From assembly GCA_963813135.1 (NCBI GenBank), contig CAWEXY010000021.1, positions 32,001-96,000 on the forward strand: a DNA stretch of 64,000 nucleotides, in the 5' to 3' direction. The first letter of the stretch is position 1. Every line of letters starts with the position of its first letter. A program made the translations under genes and the position numbers. The notes beneath the pieces are model-generated. The model was given only the letters and a program-made list of their open reading frames with translations. It was not told the DNA's origin and searched no databases. The DNA is from an uncultured Verrucomicrobiae bacterium (GTDB lineage: Bacteria; Chlamydiota; Chlamydiia; Chlamydiales; Rhabdochlamydiaceae). Below are positions 22,863 to 32,933 of the stretch, one piece after another.

Positions 22863-23543
22863 ATGAGCAGTGAAAAATTGATCAATTTAATGGAATCTTC
22901 CCAAACTTCCACAAAGAGTCCATGGGAATGGCTTTGTAGTACAGAAGCTGCTAATTTTGCCATGGTATTACTTGCAATATTTGCTGTTGTCGCTTTTTTC
23001 TATGGCCCATATTTGATTAGAAGATGGAGAGCAGAAAAATCTGCAGAAAAAATGAGTGACATTGCCGAATATGGATTAAATAATTTGCATGTATTTTTAG
23101 ACGAAATTAAGAACTGGATTATATTTGGAGAGAGCTTTGTTTATAGTAAGAACTCTCAAGCAAACATTCAGAAAAAAGAAATGCTCCCTGAAAAAGAGAA
23201 GAAAGAGTTCATAGAGTCTCTAAACAATGATCCTTTAGAAGTAAATAATTACTGCAAGTCAGGGATTAAAATTGTAAAAATATTACGCGAAATAATATAC
23301 CGCGTAAAACGCTTATCAAATCCCCAAATCGATGAAACTCTCCAAAGTTTAGAGAAATATACAAGCCAGTTACCTACTCAGCTATTTAATGCACACTCTT
23401 CTACCAGCCCTCTTGAATCCAAGGAGAAGTCAATTGAGTACCTAAGAAGTGCTCCAAGCAAGATCGAAAAAGATTGTTCATTGATCCATGATATGCTCAT
23501 TGACTATCTTATGTTTAGAAAAAGAAAAAAATCGAAATCATAA
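22863..23543 (+). CDS. Hypothetical single-pass membrane protein
   Basis: 226 aa, RBS AGGAG, starts 9 bp after the previous stop. TM segment FAMVLLAIFAVVAFFYG is followed by a helical domain. Confidence 0.65.
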   Translation: MSSEKLINLMESSQTSTKSPWEWLCSTEAANFAMVLLAIFAVVAFFYGPYLIRRWRAEKSAEKMSDIAEYGLNNLHVFLDEIKNWIIFGESFVYSKNSQANIQKKEMLPEKEKKEFIESLNNDPLEVNNYCKSGIKIVKILREIIYRVKRLSNPQIDETLQSLEKYTSQLPTQLFNAHSSTSPLESKEKSIEYLRSAPSKIEKDCSLIHDMLIDYLMFRKRKKSKS

Positions 23544-23545
23544 TT

Positions 23546-23585
23546 AAAAATAAAGAAAACTCCGCCGAGTAGAGCCCTCGGCGGA
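23546..23585 (-). terminator. Rho-independent terminator of the permease operon (possibly bidirectional)
   Basis: Perfect 9-bp stem TCCGCCGAG (23561-23569) / CTCGGCGGA (23577-23585), followed on the minus strand by a U-rich tract, between convergent genes. Confidence 0.8.
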
Positions 23586-23593
23586 AACGATGT

Positions 23594-25045
23594 TTAACCG
23601 TTGCGCACTTTGCTGTGGTGGCGGCCATAGTAATAATATATGAAACAGCCGATCACCATCCAGATGATGAACTGCATCCAGGTAACGCCTGGAAGCGCGA
23701 TCATCTGAGCCACGGTGAAGATCGTGCCCAGTAACGGAACCCAGGGCATCCACGGCGTCTTGAACGGACGGTGGAGGGTCGGCTGCGTAAAGCGCAGGAC
23801 CAACACGCCAAAGCACACGAGTGCAAAGGCGAGGAGCGCGCCCATCGAGGTCAATGTTCCCAGCAGCCCGACTGGTAAAAATCCGCTCATCACCATGGCA
23901 ATGAGGGTCACAACGATCGTCGCAAAGAACGGCGTACGGAACTTGGCATGGATCTTTCCGAATGCTTTCGGAATAAGTCCATCGTGCGCCATCGTATAGA
24001 AGATCCGCGCTTGGCCCATGGCCATGATCAAAATGACCGAAGTAAAGGCAGCGAGGATGGCTATTTTTGCAACGTAGCGCAGCCACACAAAGTTGGGTCC
24101 GAGCGCATCGACCGCAACAGCGACGGGGTCGCTGACGCCGAGCATCTTGTAGCTCACAATGCCAGTGAGGAGGAGCGAGAAGATAACGTAGACGACTGTT
24201 GAAATCGACAGCGATCCGAGCATCCCGATAGGAATGTCTTTCTGGGGATTTTTCGCTTCTTGCGACATCGTCGCAACGGCATCAAATCCTAAGAACGCAA
24301 AGAAGACGATCCCAGCGCCGCGTAAAATACCGCTGATGCCGAACTCTCCGAAGACGCCTGTATTGGGAGGAATGAACGGTGTCCAGTTGTCTGTTTTAAC
24401 AAAAGCCACCGTGCAAGCGATGAACAGCACGATGATGCCGAGTTTAACGACAACGAGAATATTGTTGAGGAATGCCGCCATTTGTACGCCGCGGGCAATG
24501 AGGATGCCGAGCAAGGCGATGATGACCATGGCTGGAAGGTTCATGATCCCTTCTGTGCCTATCCATCCAGTCTGTACGCTATGAGCGATAGGCGCTGCGG
24601 AAATAGCTGCAGGAAGGGTTATTCCAAAGTCTTTGAGGAGGCTTGCTAGATACCCCGACCAGCCGCTGGCAACGGTTGCGACAGAAAATAAAAACTCGAG
24701 GGACAGCCCCCATCCGATAATCCAAGCGACAAACTCGCCCATCGTAGCGTAAGCATACGTGTAAGCGCTTCCAGCAATCGGGATCAGAGCAGCAAACTCG
24801 GCATAGCATAGCGCGGCAAAAAAGCAGCTGATCGCAGCGATGATGAAAGATATAACAACAGCGGGGCCCGCAGCGTTCGCTGCAGCCTCACCTGTCAAGA
24901 CGAATAGACCGGCGCCGATAATGGCTCCAATGCCGATCGCAGTCAAGTTCATCGGACCTAAAGTACGTTTAAGACCGTTTTTGTTATCGGAAGCTTCTTT
25001 TAGAAGCGACGCGATTGATTTTCTTGCGAAAAGTCCTTTTTTCAT
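23594..25045 (-). CDS. APC-family amino acid permease
   Basis: Motifs GIGAIIGAGLF, ALCYAEFAA.IP.AGSAYTY and FFAFLGFDAVATMSQEAKNPQKDIP, with about 12 TM segments. Confidence 0.93.
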   Translation of the reverse strand: MKKGLFARKSIASLLKEASDNKNGLKRTLGPMNLTAIGIGAIIGAGLFVLTGEAAANAAGPAVVISFIIAAISCFFAALCYAEFAALIPIAGSAYTYAYATMGEFVAWIIGWGLSLEFLFSVATVASGWSGYLASLLKDFGITLPAAISAAPIAHSVQTGWIGTEGIMNLPAMVIIALLGILIARGVQMAAFLNNILVVVKLGIIVLFIACTVAFVKTDNWTPFIPPNTGVFGEFGISGILRGAGIVFFAFLGFDAVATMSQEAKNPQKDIPIGMLGSLSISTVVYVIFSLLLTGIVSYKMLGVSDPVAVAVDALGPNFVWLRYVAKIAILAAFTSVILIMAMGQARIFYTMAHDGLIPKAFGKIHAKFRTPFFATIVVTLIAMVMSGFLPVGLLGTLTSMGALLAFALVCFGVLVLRFTQPTLHRPFKTPWMPWVPLLGTIFTVAQMIALPGVTWMQFIIWMVIGCFIYYYYGRHHSKVRNG

Positions 25046-25051
25046 ATTTCC

Positions 25052-25750
25052 TTATTGTGTGATAGTCGCTTCCCACTCTTTAACATAAGAGAGAAGCTCC
25101 GAAGAATGGGGTTTTTTTTGAAGATAGGCCAAGTTTTTTTCTTGGCTGCTGAAATGGGCAATTTTAGCTAGCAAATGAAGATGGCTTTTGTCCGATGAGG
25201 AAAAAAGGAAAAAGAGCGTGTGGACTTTTTTTCCATCGAGGGCGCCATAGTCTAAAGGATTTTTAGGGAAGACGGTGATGATCACGTCTGCGCCTGGATG
25301 CTCGAGCACCGGATCCCGGGGATGCGGCACGGCAATGCCGTTGTTGAGCGCTGTCGGCATCATCTCTTCGCGATCCAGGAGAAGATCAGCGATCACTTCG
25401 GCATCGAGGCCGACGCGTGTGGCGATCTCTTTGGAGACGGCTGTAATCACTTCTTCTTTTGTTTTTCCCGGCACGTCGATGATTGCGCCGCCTTTGTGCA
25501 TGGCCCGATAAAAACTGAACTGCTGCGATCCAGTGGCCGGTGGGTAAATCTGTTTTTCTTCAAACGGCGTGAACCCGTCTTGGTTCATCTGCAGTTTGCA
25601 GCGCATCATCCAATCTTCGATCTCGCTTTTATCGAATCGATATTGATGGTTGAGCAGGTAAGCAGGGATTTTACGATCTTTGAGCCATCTGCGGATAGTT
25701 GTTTGAGAGACGTTGAGGAGCTCGGCTACATCTTTGATCTTCAGGTCCAT
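25052..25750 (-). CDS. ptsN: PTS IIA (Ntr-type) protein with N-terminal excisionase-like HTH
   Basis: HTH 'LKIKDVAELLNVSQTTIRRW' and EIIA phospho-His motif 'REEMMPTALNNGIAVPHPR'. Confidence 0.9.
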   Translation of the reverse strand: MDLKIKDVAELLNVSQTTIRRWLKDRKIPAYLLNHQYRFDKSEIEDWMMRCKLQMNQDGFTPFEEKQIYPPATGSQQFSFYRAMHKGGAIIDVPGKTKEEVITAVSKEIATRVGLDAEVIADLLLDREEMMPTALNNGIAVPHPRDPVLEHPGADVIITVFPKNPLDYGALDGKKVHTLFFLFSSSDKSHLHLLAKIAHFSSQEKNLAYLQKKPHSSELLSYVKEWEATITQ

Positions 25751-25756
25751 AATTTT

Positions 25757-26206
25757 TTAGCATCCTTGAAAAAGAGCAATCACTTGACTTGCAGACGTCG
25801 CCTTGAGAAGGTTAGCGCGTCTTTCAGGATCTTTGATCGCCGCTGTGAGACGCGATAAGATCTTTAAGTACTCTGTCTGCCTATTATCAGGCCCCCCGAT
25901 CATAAAAATCAAATGCGCAGGCAGTCCGTCTATGGCGTTCCACTCGATGCCGCGTCCGCTTTGGATACCGATGGCGATAAAAAAGTCATCATAGCCTTGA
26001 AGTTTTGCGTGAGGGACCGCAACGCCGAGGCCGATGCCTGTTGAAACAAGTTTCTCCCGTTGTAAGATCGCCTGTTTGAAAGCCTCTTTTTCTTTGAGCT
26101 TATGGGATTGATCGAGGGCGTCGATGAGGGCATTGATTGCTTCTTCTTGTGTCGTAACATCTAAAAAGACCACTTGCCGGTCATCGAGATAGTCGGCGAT
26201 GGACAT
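25757..26206 (-). CDS. ptsN: PTS IIA (Ntr-type) protein
   Basis: Motif REKLVSTGIGLGVAVPHAK. Start placed at ATG 26206 (MSIADYLD) behind a purine-rich RBS. Confidence 0.9.
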   Translation of the reverse strand: MSIADYLDDRQVVFLDVTTQEEAINALIDALDQSHKLKEKEAFKQAILQREKLVSTGIGLGVAVPHAKLQGYDDFFIAIGIQSGRGIEWNAIDGLPAHLIFMIGGPDNRQTEYLKILSRLTAAIKDPERRANLLKATSASQVIALFQGC

Positions 26207-26252
26207 CTCTTTTCCTTTTCTGAATAAATTTCGAAGCTCTACGAGAAGATGA

Positions 26253-26702
26253 TTAATGCGTTCCAGTATGGCCAAATCCACTCTCCCCTCTTGCCGTTAC
26301 AGCAAGGTTCTCTTTCGTCACAAAAAACGCACGATAGACCGGCGCCAAAACAATTTGCGCGATACGCATGCCTGGAGTGATCGTGAGAGGCTCTTTTCCA
26401 TGATTAATTAAGATAACACCGAGCTCGCCTCGATAATCTGCATCGATAGTGCCGGGAGAATTGATAACAGTGATACCGTGCTTCAACGCAAGTCCGCTGC
26501 GAGGTCTTACTTGAATCTCAAAACCGGCAGGAATTTCAAAACGCAGTCCCGTGGGAATGAGCGCTCGTTCCCCGGGCTGCACGACAATTTCTTTGTCGAG
26601 ATGCGCCCTCACATCCGCTCCTGCGGCCAAAGATGAAGCATACTCAGGTATCGCTCCACCTTCTTCAACTTTGATCGGTACTTCTAACTGTTCAAGTGAC
26701 AT
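26253..26702 (-). CDS. dut: dUTP diphosphatase
   Basis: dUTPase motifs [26 protein letters not shown] and [10 protein letters not shown]. Confidence 0.98.
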   Translation of the reverse strand: MSLEQLEVPIKVEEGGAIPEYASSLAAGADVRAHLDKEIVVQPGERALIPTGLRFEIPAGFEIQVRPRSGLALKHGITVINSPGTIDADYRGELGVILINHGKEPLTITPGMRIAQIVLAPVYRAFFVTKENLAVTARGESGFGHTGTH

Positions 26703-27636
26703 GTGTTAACTCTTGCTCGGAAAAGTCCAGCAGTTCCTTAAACTTTTGAGGCAATTTTGCGAGAGGCTCCAAATCTGATTCATCTAAAAACTCTCGTTCG
26801 TTGTCCATCAAAAAGCTCAAGAAAAATGATAACTTATCTTTTAGCTGATGTCGATTTAAAATGCAATCGATCATCCCTTTTTCGAGTAAGAATTCAGATT
26901 TTTGCGCTTTCGGGGGTAGTTTCTGTCCAATTGTCTGTTCCACGATGCGGGGTCCGGCAAAGCCGATCAAGGCATCCGGCTCTGCGATGATCACATCGCC
27001 TAGCGATGCGAAAGAGGCTGTGACTCCTCCGAGGGTCGGATTCGTCAGCACGGAAATAAAAGGCAATCCAGCTTCATGCAATTTCGCCAAGGCCGCCGAC
27101 GTCTTGGCCATCTGCATCAGAGACAGCACCGATTCTTGCATCCGCGCCCCACCCGATGCCGATACGATCACAACAGGCATGCGGCGTCTAATCGCCAGCT
27201 CAACGAGCGACGTCAGCCTTTCGCCGACGACCGATCCCATCGATCCTGCCATAAAACCAAAGTCGAGTACGCCCAAAGCTGTGGGCCTTCCATTGATCTT
27301 GCAAGTCCCCACAGCCACAGCCTCATCGCGGCCGGTCGTCTTTTTCGCCTTCTCCAATCTCTTGGTATAGGGCTGCTCATCGACGAATGTGAGAGGATCG
27401 ACTGCCTTAAACTCGGTAAATTTTTCTTCAAACGAGCCTTCGTCCGCTAACATCTCTACTCTTTGAAGGGCCGACAAGCGGTAATGATAACCACATTTTG
27501 TACAGCACTGAAGGTTCTTTTCCACCTCGTTCACATGGATCATTTCGGTGCATTCAGGACACTTGATCCAGCCGCTGTAGCCGTCCCGCTTCGACTGAAT
27601 TTTAATTTTTGGTCTGTTCCAAGAAAATAATGCCAT
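26692..27636 (-). CDS. accD: Acetyl-CoA carboxylase carboxyltransferase beta subunit
   Basis: Zn finger CPEC..CTKC, plus [28 protein letters not shown] and [10 protein letters not shown]. Confidence 0.98.
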   Translation of the reverse strand: MALFSWNRPKIKIQSKRDGYSGWIKCPECTEMIHVNEVEKNLQCCTKCGYHYRLSALQRVEMLADEGSFEEKFTEFKAVDPLTFVDEQPYTKRLEKAKKTTGRDEAVAVGTCKINGRPTALGVLDFGFMAGSMGSVVGERLTSLVELAIRRRMPVVIVSASGGARMQESVLSLMQMAKTSAALAKLHEAGLPFISVLTNPTLGGVTASFASLGDVIIAEPDALIGFAGPRIVEQTIGQKLPPKAQKSEFLLEKGMIDCILNRHQLKDKLSFFLSFLMDNEREFLDESDLEPLAKLPQKFKELLDFSEQELTHVT

Positions 27637-27691
27637 AATTTGTGCCCTACTATATCAAAGTTTAAGATAGAAAACAACCGCTGCAAAATAT

Positions 27692-28282
27692 TTACTTTGC
27701 ACCAGCATACCTTTCTTCGACGTTTTTCCAGTTCACAATTTTCCAAATATTTTTTACATAGTCAGCTCTAACATTCTTATACTGAAGATAATAGGCATGC
27801 TCCCATACATCGATGCCCAAAAGAGGCACTAACCCCGTTGTACTCAAGGGATCCTGGTTGCTGCAGGCAGCGATCGCGAGCCTTCCTTTTGCCTTATCAT
27901 AGCCTAGCCAGCCCCATCCAGAACCCTGTATCGCCACCGTTGAGGAGCTCATCACTTCGATCAATTTATCCAATGATCCAAATTCTTTCTTGATAGCCTC
28001 GAGAAGATCGCCCTTAGGTTCGCCGCCCTTCGGGGTTAAGTTTGTCCAAAAAATCGAGTGGTTCACATGACCGCCCCCGTTGAACCGGATCGCCGGCTGC
28101 AGCGCGATCATCGCTGCGACATCGCCTTTTTTCTCTGCTTCGACATATTTTTCCAACGCAGCGTTCAAATTATTGACATACGCTTGGTGGTGTTTGGTGT
28201 AATGGAGTTCCATGATTTGGCCCGAGATAACGGGTTCGAGAGCTCCAAAATCGTAGGGGAGCTCAGGGAGCTTGTATTGCAT
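27692..28282 (-). CDS. sodA: Superoxide dismutase, Mn/Fe family (Mn-type signatures)
   Basis: Motifs [31 protein letters not shown] and DVWEHAYY. Confidence 0.93.
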   Translation of the reverse strand: MQYKLPELPYDFGALEPVISGQIMELHYTKHHQAYVNNLNAALEKYVEAEKKGDVAAMIALQPAIRFNGGGHVNHSIFWTNLTPKGGEPKGDLLEAIKKEFGSLDKLIEVMSSSTVAIQGSGWGWLGYDKAKGRLAIAACSNQDPLSTTGLVPLLGIDVWEHAYYLQYKNVRADYVKNIWKIVNWKNVEERYAGAK

Positions 28283-28369
28283 AAGGCCTCCTTAAAACTT
28301 GTAACCTTCAGCATATCCGAACCCCCAAAAAAAGAGGAAGGTAAAGTTCCTAATGGCTATAATCCAAAC

Positions 28370-30694
28370 ATGCTTTGTCGGATTATTCTATCCATCTGCC
28401 TTCCCTTCTTCCTCATGGCCTCGCCGGCCCCTGAATGGGCCCATCCTGCAGACTTTGCCCTGCATCCCGTCCCCATCGATCCTTCTCAAAACAGCCTTCA
28501 ATGCCTTCTCAAAGAAAGACAGCAGCACAAAGAAGAACATACGACCTTCGCCCACTTTGCTATTAAAATTCTCTCTTCCAGCGGGGTCCATCAAATCTCG
28601 CAGCTTAATTTTGACTACGATCCCGCCTTCCAAAAAGTGGACGTGCACACCCTCCGCATCTATCGCGACGGAGAGTGGCTCGATCGCCTAGAAACATCCC
28701 GCCATAACACTATTCAGCGCGAAGAAAACCTCGATCAAAACCAATACAACGGCAACCTTTCGCTCGTCTATTTTATCGATGACATCCGCGAAGGCGACAT
28801 CCTTGAATACGCCTATTCCACCATTGGAGAATCTCCCATTTTTTCATCCCATCTCTACACGATCTTCAAACTCCAGCACGAACAGGCCATCGAAAAAACC
28901 TCATATAAAATTCTGGCCCCTCCTGATACGCCTCTCCGCTTCAAAAACTTTAACACCTCCCTAGAACCCACGGTTACAGATCTCTCCCCCGACCTTCGCG
29001 AGTGGGCATGGCAAACAAACACTTCGGCTCCCTATTCATTAGAGCCCTCTCTTCCCGATTGGTATTTTCCGATGGCCCATGTCGAAGTCAGCGAGTATAA
29101 CAATTGGCAAGAACTGGCCCAGACAATCGCTCCCCTTTATGCCCTTCCAGAGCTCGCCTCGCCCGAGATGAGCGCGCTCACGGAAAAATGGAAGTCCGCC
29201 GCTGCGCATCCCGCTAAGCGCGCCCTTCTAGCTCTCCGATTTGTGCAAGACGAAGTTCGTTATCTGGGCTTTGAAGAAGGCGTCGGCGCCTTCAAGCCCG
29301 CCGATCCCTCCGTCACCCTCCAACGGCGCTTTGGAGACTGTAAAGATAAGACCTTTCTCCTCCACGCTCTTTTACACCAAATGGGCATCGAGTCCATTCC
29401 CTTGTTAGTCCACTCCCGCCAGGGCAAAAGCCTTCCCGAGTCTCTTCCGCTGCCCGGACTATTCGATCATATTATTTTGCAGATCAAAATCGGAGAAGCC
29501 GCTTACAACGTCGATCCCACCCTCAACCTCCAAGGCGGCTCCCTCGAAAGCACCATTTGCCCCCTCTACCACTTTGGCCTTTTGACCAGTCCGGATACAA
29601 CAGACCTCACCCCCATCCCCGAGCGCCCCCGAAAACCCGAAGAAATCGATACCTCCATCACCCTTGTTTCTGAAGACACCGCGCATCTCACCATCCGCCA
29701 GACCTTCCACACCTCGCGCGCTGACATGTACCGCGACATGCTCAACTGGAAAGGCATCAAAAAAGTCTCCGATGACGATCTCCATGAGATCCAAGAAATT
29801 TATGGCGGCGGATCCGAGCTGAGCCCTCTCACCTTTACCGACGATCGGGAAAAAAACATTCTCACCATCACCAAGTCCTACATCATCCCCACACGCCATA
29901 GCGCAGGACAAAAAGTCCTCGATATCTTTTCCTTTACCTTGCGCGATTATCTCCTCACTGGAATCAACCCTGCCCGCTCCTCTCCTCACGCCCTAGCCTA
30001 TCCCCTTTGGGTCCAAGAACACATCCACATCGATAACCCCTACCACACCTATCACTCAGCTTCACAGCACAGCCGCTCTGACCACGATTCCTTTTTCTAT
30101 AATTACTCCTACAACTTTGCGGGCCACACCGCCGACTATCGCCACGAACTCAAGAACCTGCGCGACCACATAGCTCCTGACCACCTGCGCGACTACTGGG
30201 AACAAACCCGCGGCATCACGCGCAATATGTTTATTGAACAGACCATCGCCGCACCCCAACCCTCCTTGTCCCACCTTTGGAGCGCTTTCTTCTTTTTACT
30301 ATGGATCGCCTTAGTGTTTTTTTCCCGCCACAGCCCCTCCACGCTCGAACTCCACCTCCAAAGAGCCTGGAGGTTCTACTCCCTTTTCATGTTCATTTTC
30401 CTTTACAACATCACCCCCAATGCCGGGCTCTACACCATCTCTATCCTTGCCCTCCTCCTATGCGGAAAACTCTTCCAGCAGCGCATCTTCAACAAAAAAT
30501 CTTCCCAAGACATCGCCCTCGCTCTCGTTGCCTTAGCCCTGCACATCGGACTCGTTGCTTACCTTGTCTATCCCTCATCCTGGGAACGCGCCGGCCCCAT
30601 TATTTTGACCCTGCTCTACCTTGGCGCAGCCGCGCGCCACCTCCTCCTCGCCCGTAAATTCCTCTCGCAGGACATCGAGATCCTTAGCGCATAA
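28370..30694 (+). CDS. DUF3857/transglutaminase-like exported protein with C-terminal TM helices
   Basis: Probable start ATG 28370 gives signal peptide MLCRIILSICLPFFLMA. Motifs 'D.REGDILEYAYS', 'FVQDEVRY', catalytic-type GDCKDK, FDHII and VDPT, then several hydrophobic C-terminal helices. Confidence 0.8.
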   Translation: MLCRIILSICLPFFLMASPAPEWAHPADFALHPVPIDPSQNSLQCLLKERQQHKEEHTTFAHFAIKILSSSGVHQISQLNFDYDPAFQKVDVHTLRIYRDGEWLDRLETSRHNTIQREENLDQNQYNGNLSLVYFIDDIREGDILEYAYSTIGESPIFSSHLYTIFKLQHEQAIEKTSYKILAPPDTPLRFKNFNTSLEPTVTDLSPDLREWAWQTNTSAPYSLEPSLPDWYFPMAHVEVSEYNNWQELAQTIAPLYALPELASPEMSALTEKWKSAAAHPAKRALLALRFVQDEVRYLGFEEGVGAFKPADPSVTLQRRFGDCKDKTFLLHALLHQMGIESIPLLVHSRQGKSLPESLPLPGLFDHIILQIKIGEAAYNVDPTLNLQGGSLESTICPLYHFGLLTSPDTTDLTPIPERPRKPEEIDTSITLVSEDTAHLTIRQTFHTSRADMYRDMLNWKGIKKVSDDDLHEIQEIYGGGSELSPLTFTDDREKNILTITKSYIIPTRHSAGQKVLDIFSFTLRDYLLTGINPARSSPHALAYPLWVQEHIHIDNPYHTYHSASQHSRSDHDSFFYNYSYNFAGHTADYRHELKNLRDHIAPDHLRDYWEQTRGITRNMFIEQTIAAPQPSLSHLWSAFFFLLWIALVFFSRHSPSTLELHLQRAWRFYSLFMFIFLYNITPNAGLYTISILALLLCGKLFQQRIFNKKSSQDIALALVALALHIGLVAYLVYPSSWERAGPIILTLLYLGAAARHLLLARKFLSQDIEILSA

Positions 30695-30723
30695 ATTGCA
30701 AAATTCTTTCTACTTAGATATCC

Positions 30724-31686
30724 TTGCACAAAGCAGGAGTCATCTTGAGAATCTTTTTAGCCATCCTTTTTTTTCTCATCACCCTTCTCCAATCCCTCTT
30801 CTCCGCAGAAGATCGCGTCAACTACGAACCGCTCTACGCTGGATCCCTCCTCGCCTTCTTTCCCAACAACATTCCCCCGGGGCACCTCTCCATTCAACCC
30901 TATATCTACTACACCCGCACCAACGCCATCTATAATCACCACTGGTCTCCTCAAACCATCAAAAACGTCGACCTCGCAACTCTTTCCGTTTCTTTAGAAA
31001 CCGGGATCACCCCCTATCTTGATTTCACCCTCATCCTCAATGACACCTACAATCGCTCCGGAAGCCGCCATACACTTCTTTGCGCGGATACCGAAGCCTA
31101 TTTGGGCTTCCAAGTCACCACTAATAAAAAAGGAACCCTCGTCCCCGACTTCCGAGTTCTCTTAGGCGAAAGCTTTCCTACCGGCAAATATAAAAACCTC
31201 AACCCCAAAAAACTGGGAAGCGACATTTCTGGAACAGGCTCTTATGAAACAATCCTCCTCGTCGTCGTCCGCAAAATATTCTACGTTCCCAAACATCCCT
31301 TCGACATCAACCTCAACCTCTTCTACGTCCTTCCCGCTAAAACCCATGTCGACAACCTCAGCGTCTATCTCGGCGGCCCTGGCACACACGGCACCGTCCG
31401 GCCTGGCAATGAGTTCATCGTCAACCTCGCCATCGATTACAGCCTCACCCGCTACTGGGCCCTCGGGCTCGACGCGCACTATGTTCATCAAAATCGTTCC
31501 CGCTTCTCTGGAAAGACCCTTCTCCCCGCCGGCCTGCCCTCCTCAGAAATCTTTAGCCTGGCCCCCTGCCTCGAGTATAGTTATTCCGACGACTTTAGCT
31601 TAGCGGGAGGATTTTGGTTCTCCGTCGCCGGCCGCAACGCCGTCCAGTTCCGCAGCGCCGTCTTCAACGTCTATTATTTTTTCTAA
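30724..31686 (+). CDS. Putative outer-membrane beta-barrel channel (transporter / MetA-pathway-like family)
   Basis: Signal-like N-terminus, motif 'FPTGKY...GSG', amphipathic strands and aromatic C-terminus NVYYFF. The start codon is uncertain. Confidence 0.65.
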   Translation: MHKAGVILRIFLAILFFLITLLQSLFSAEDRVNYEPLYAGSLLAFFPNNIPPGHLSIQPYIYYTRTNAIYNHHWSPQTIKNVDLATLSVSLETGITPYLDFTLILNDTYNRSGSRHTLLCADTEAYLGFQVTTNKKGTLVPDFRVLLGESFPTGKYKNLNPKKLGSDISGTGSYETILLVVVRKIFYVPKHPFDINLNLFYVLPAKTHVDNLSVYLGGPGTHGTVRPGNEFIVNLAIDYSLTRYWALGLDAHYVHQNRSRFSGKTLLPAGLPSSEIFSLAPCLEYSYSDDFSLAGGFWFSVAGRNAVQFRSAVFNVYYFF

Positions 31687-31781
31687 CACAAAATTTATCC
31701 ATCCTTTACATTGCGTAAAATACTTCGATTTAATAAAATTAGTCTGACTTCATTTTAAAAGTTTTTAAATCAGGATTATCG

Positions 31782-32933
31782 ATGCGTCGATTTATATTTG
31801 TTATTTCAATAATTCTTAGCGTATTTTTTATAGTCAACCAGCTGCAAATTCGAAACGTTAAAAAAAGACTTGTCAATCATCGAAAAACCGTAAAGAAGCA
31901 AGAAGTCGCCCGCAACGAACCTACGCCCAAATACTCCAAAATAACTCTCCCTCCCCAACTACAAGCCCTCCCCTTGGCCGATGAGTCGGGCATCGTTCTC
32001 GGAGTGAAGAACATCTCTGTCCCCGGCATCAACGCCCCCTATAATCCCTCGATTATAAAATACAAAGATCATTACGCGATGGTATTCCGCTACGATGTTT
32101 TGGATAAAAAATGTAAGCAACCCTTTTATACTTATGTAGGCTGCACCGAACTAGATAAAAATTTTTACAACATAAGCAAACAGCCTAAAAAGATCGATAC
32201 CGGCAGCAAATTTTCAGAAGATGCCCGCATCATCCAGTTAAAAGATGACTATTATCTCATCTTTAATGATCTTTCGCCTGCGCCCAACAATTACTACTGC
32301 CGCACCATGCGGATGGCCCAAGTTGATTTAAGCACAGGCCAAACGAAAAATGCATCTAACTACGACCTTCACTTTAAACCCATAGAAAAGAATTGGGCCC
32401 CTTTTGTCTACAACGACTCCATCCATTTTGAGTATTCCCTAAACCCCCATAAAATATTAGAAGTCCCAGATCCTAAGAAAAGCGATCTTGCCCATTTGAC
32501 CTTTCCCAACAACCCCTATTTCCAGCATTTCTCCTGGCCGAGCACTTGGGGCGAGATGCGTGGAGGGTCCCCCGCCCAGCTCATAGATGGACAATATGTA
32601 GGGTTTTTCCACAGCTTCTTTCGAGATAAAGATAATTTTGCTTGGTATGTCATGGGCGCCTACACCTTTGAGCCCACACCCCCCTTCCGCATCACCGCAG
32701 TATCCAGCCATCCCATCTTGTTTCAGGGAATCTACGAAACTTCAAGGCGCAACACAGGCAATCCGCGCCACCATGTGATCTACCCCGGCAGTTTCGTAGT
32801 CGAAGAAACAGCCGACCGCAAACTGATCCACCTCGCCTGCGGGGAAAATGACAGCACAATAAAAATCGTCACCCTCGATAAAGAAAAATTGCTCAACAGC
32901 CTAAAGCCCGTTGCTCCCAAAGGGAAGTCTTAA
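31782..32933 (+). CDS. Membrane-anchored five-bladed beta-propeller glycosidase-like protein (GH130/GH43-like)
   Basis: N-terminal anchor and motifs YNPSII, SEDARI, EKNWAPF, MRGGSP, FFHS and GENDS. Confidence 0.65.
   Translation: MRRFIFVISIILSVFFIVNQLQIRNVKKRLVNHRKTVKKQEVARNEPTPKYSKITLPPQLQALPLADESGIVLGVKNISVPGINAPYNPSIIKYKDHYAMVFRYDVLDKKCKQPFYTYVGCTELDKNFYNISKQPKKIDTGSKFSEDARIIQLKDDYYLIFNDLSPAPNNYYCRTMRMAQVDLSTGQTKNASNYDLHFKPIEKNWAPFVYNDSIHFEYSLNPHKILEVPDPKKSDLAHLTFPNNPYFQHFSWPSTWGEMRGGSPAQLIDGQYVGFFHSFFRDKDNFAWYVMGAYTFEPTPPFRITAVSSHPILFQGIYETSRRNTGNPRHHVIYPGSFVVEETADRKLIHLACGENDSTIKIVTLDKEKLLNSLKPVAPKGKS

Noticed and set aside
25052..25750. HTH-PtsN fusion as a novelty
   Set aside because: This fusion is a standard chlamydial core gene in its usual position.
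28058..28369. N-terminal 104-aa extension of the transglutaminase-like ORF
   Set aside because: It overlaps sodA on the opposite strand, and ATG 28370 gives a proper signal peptide.
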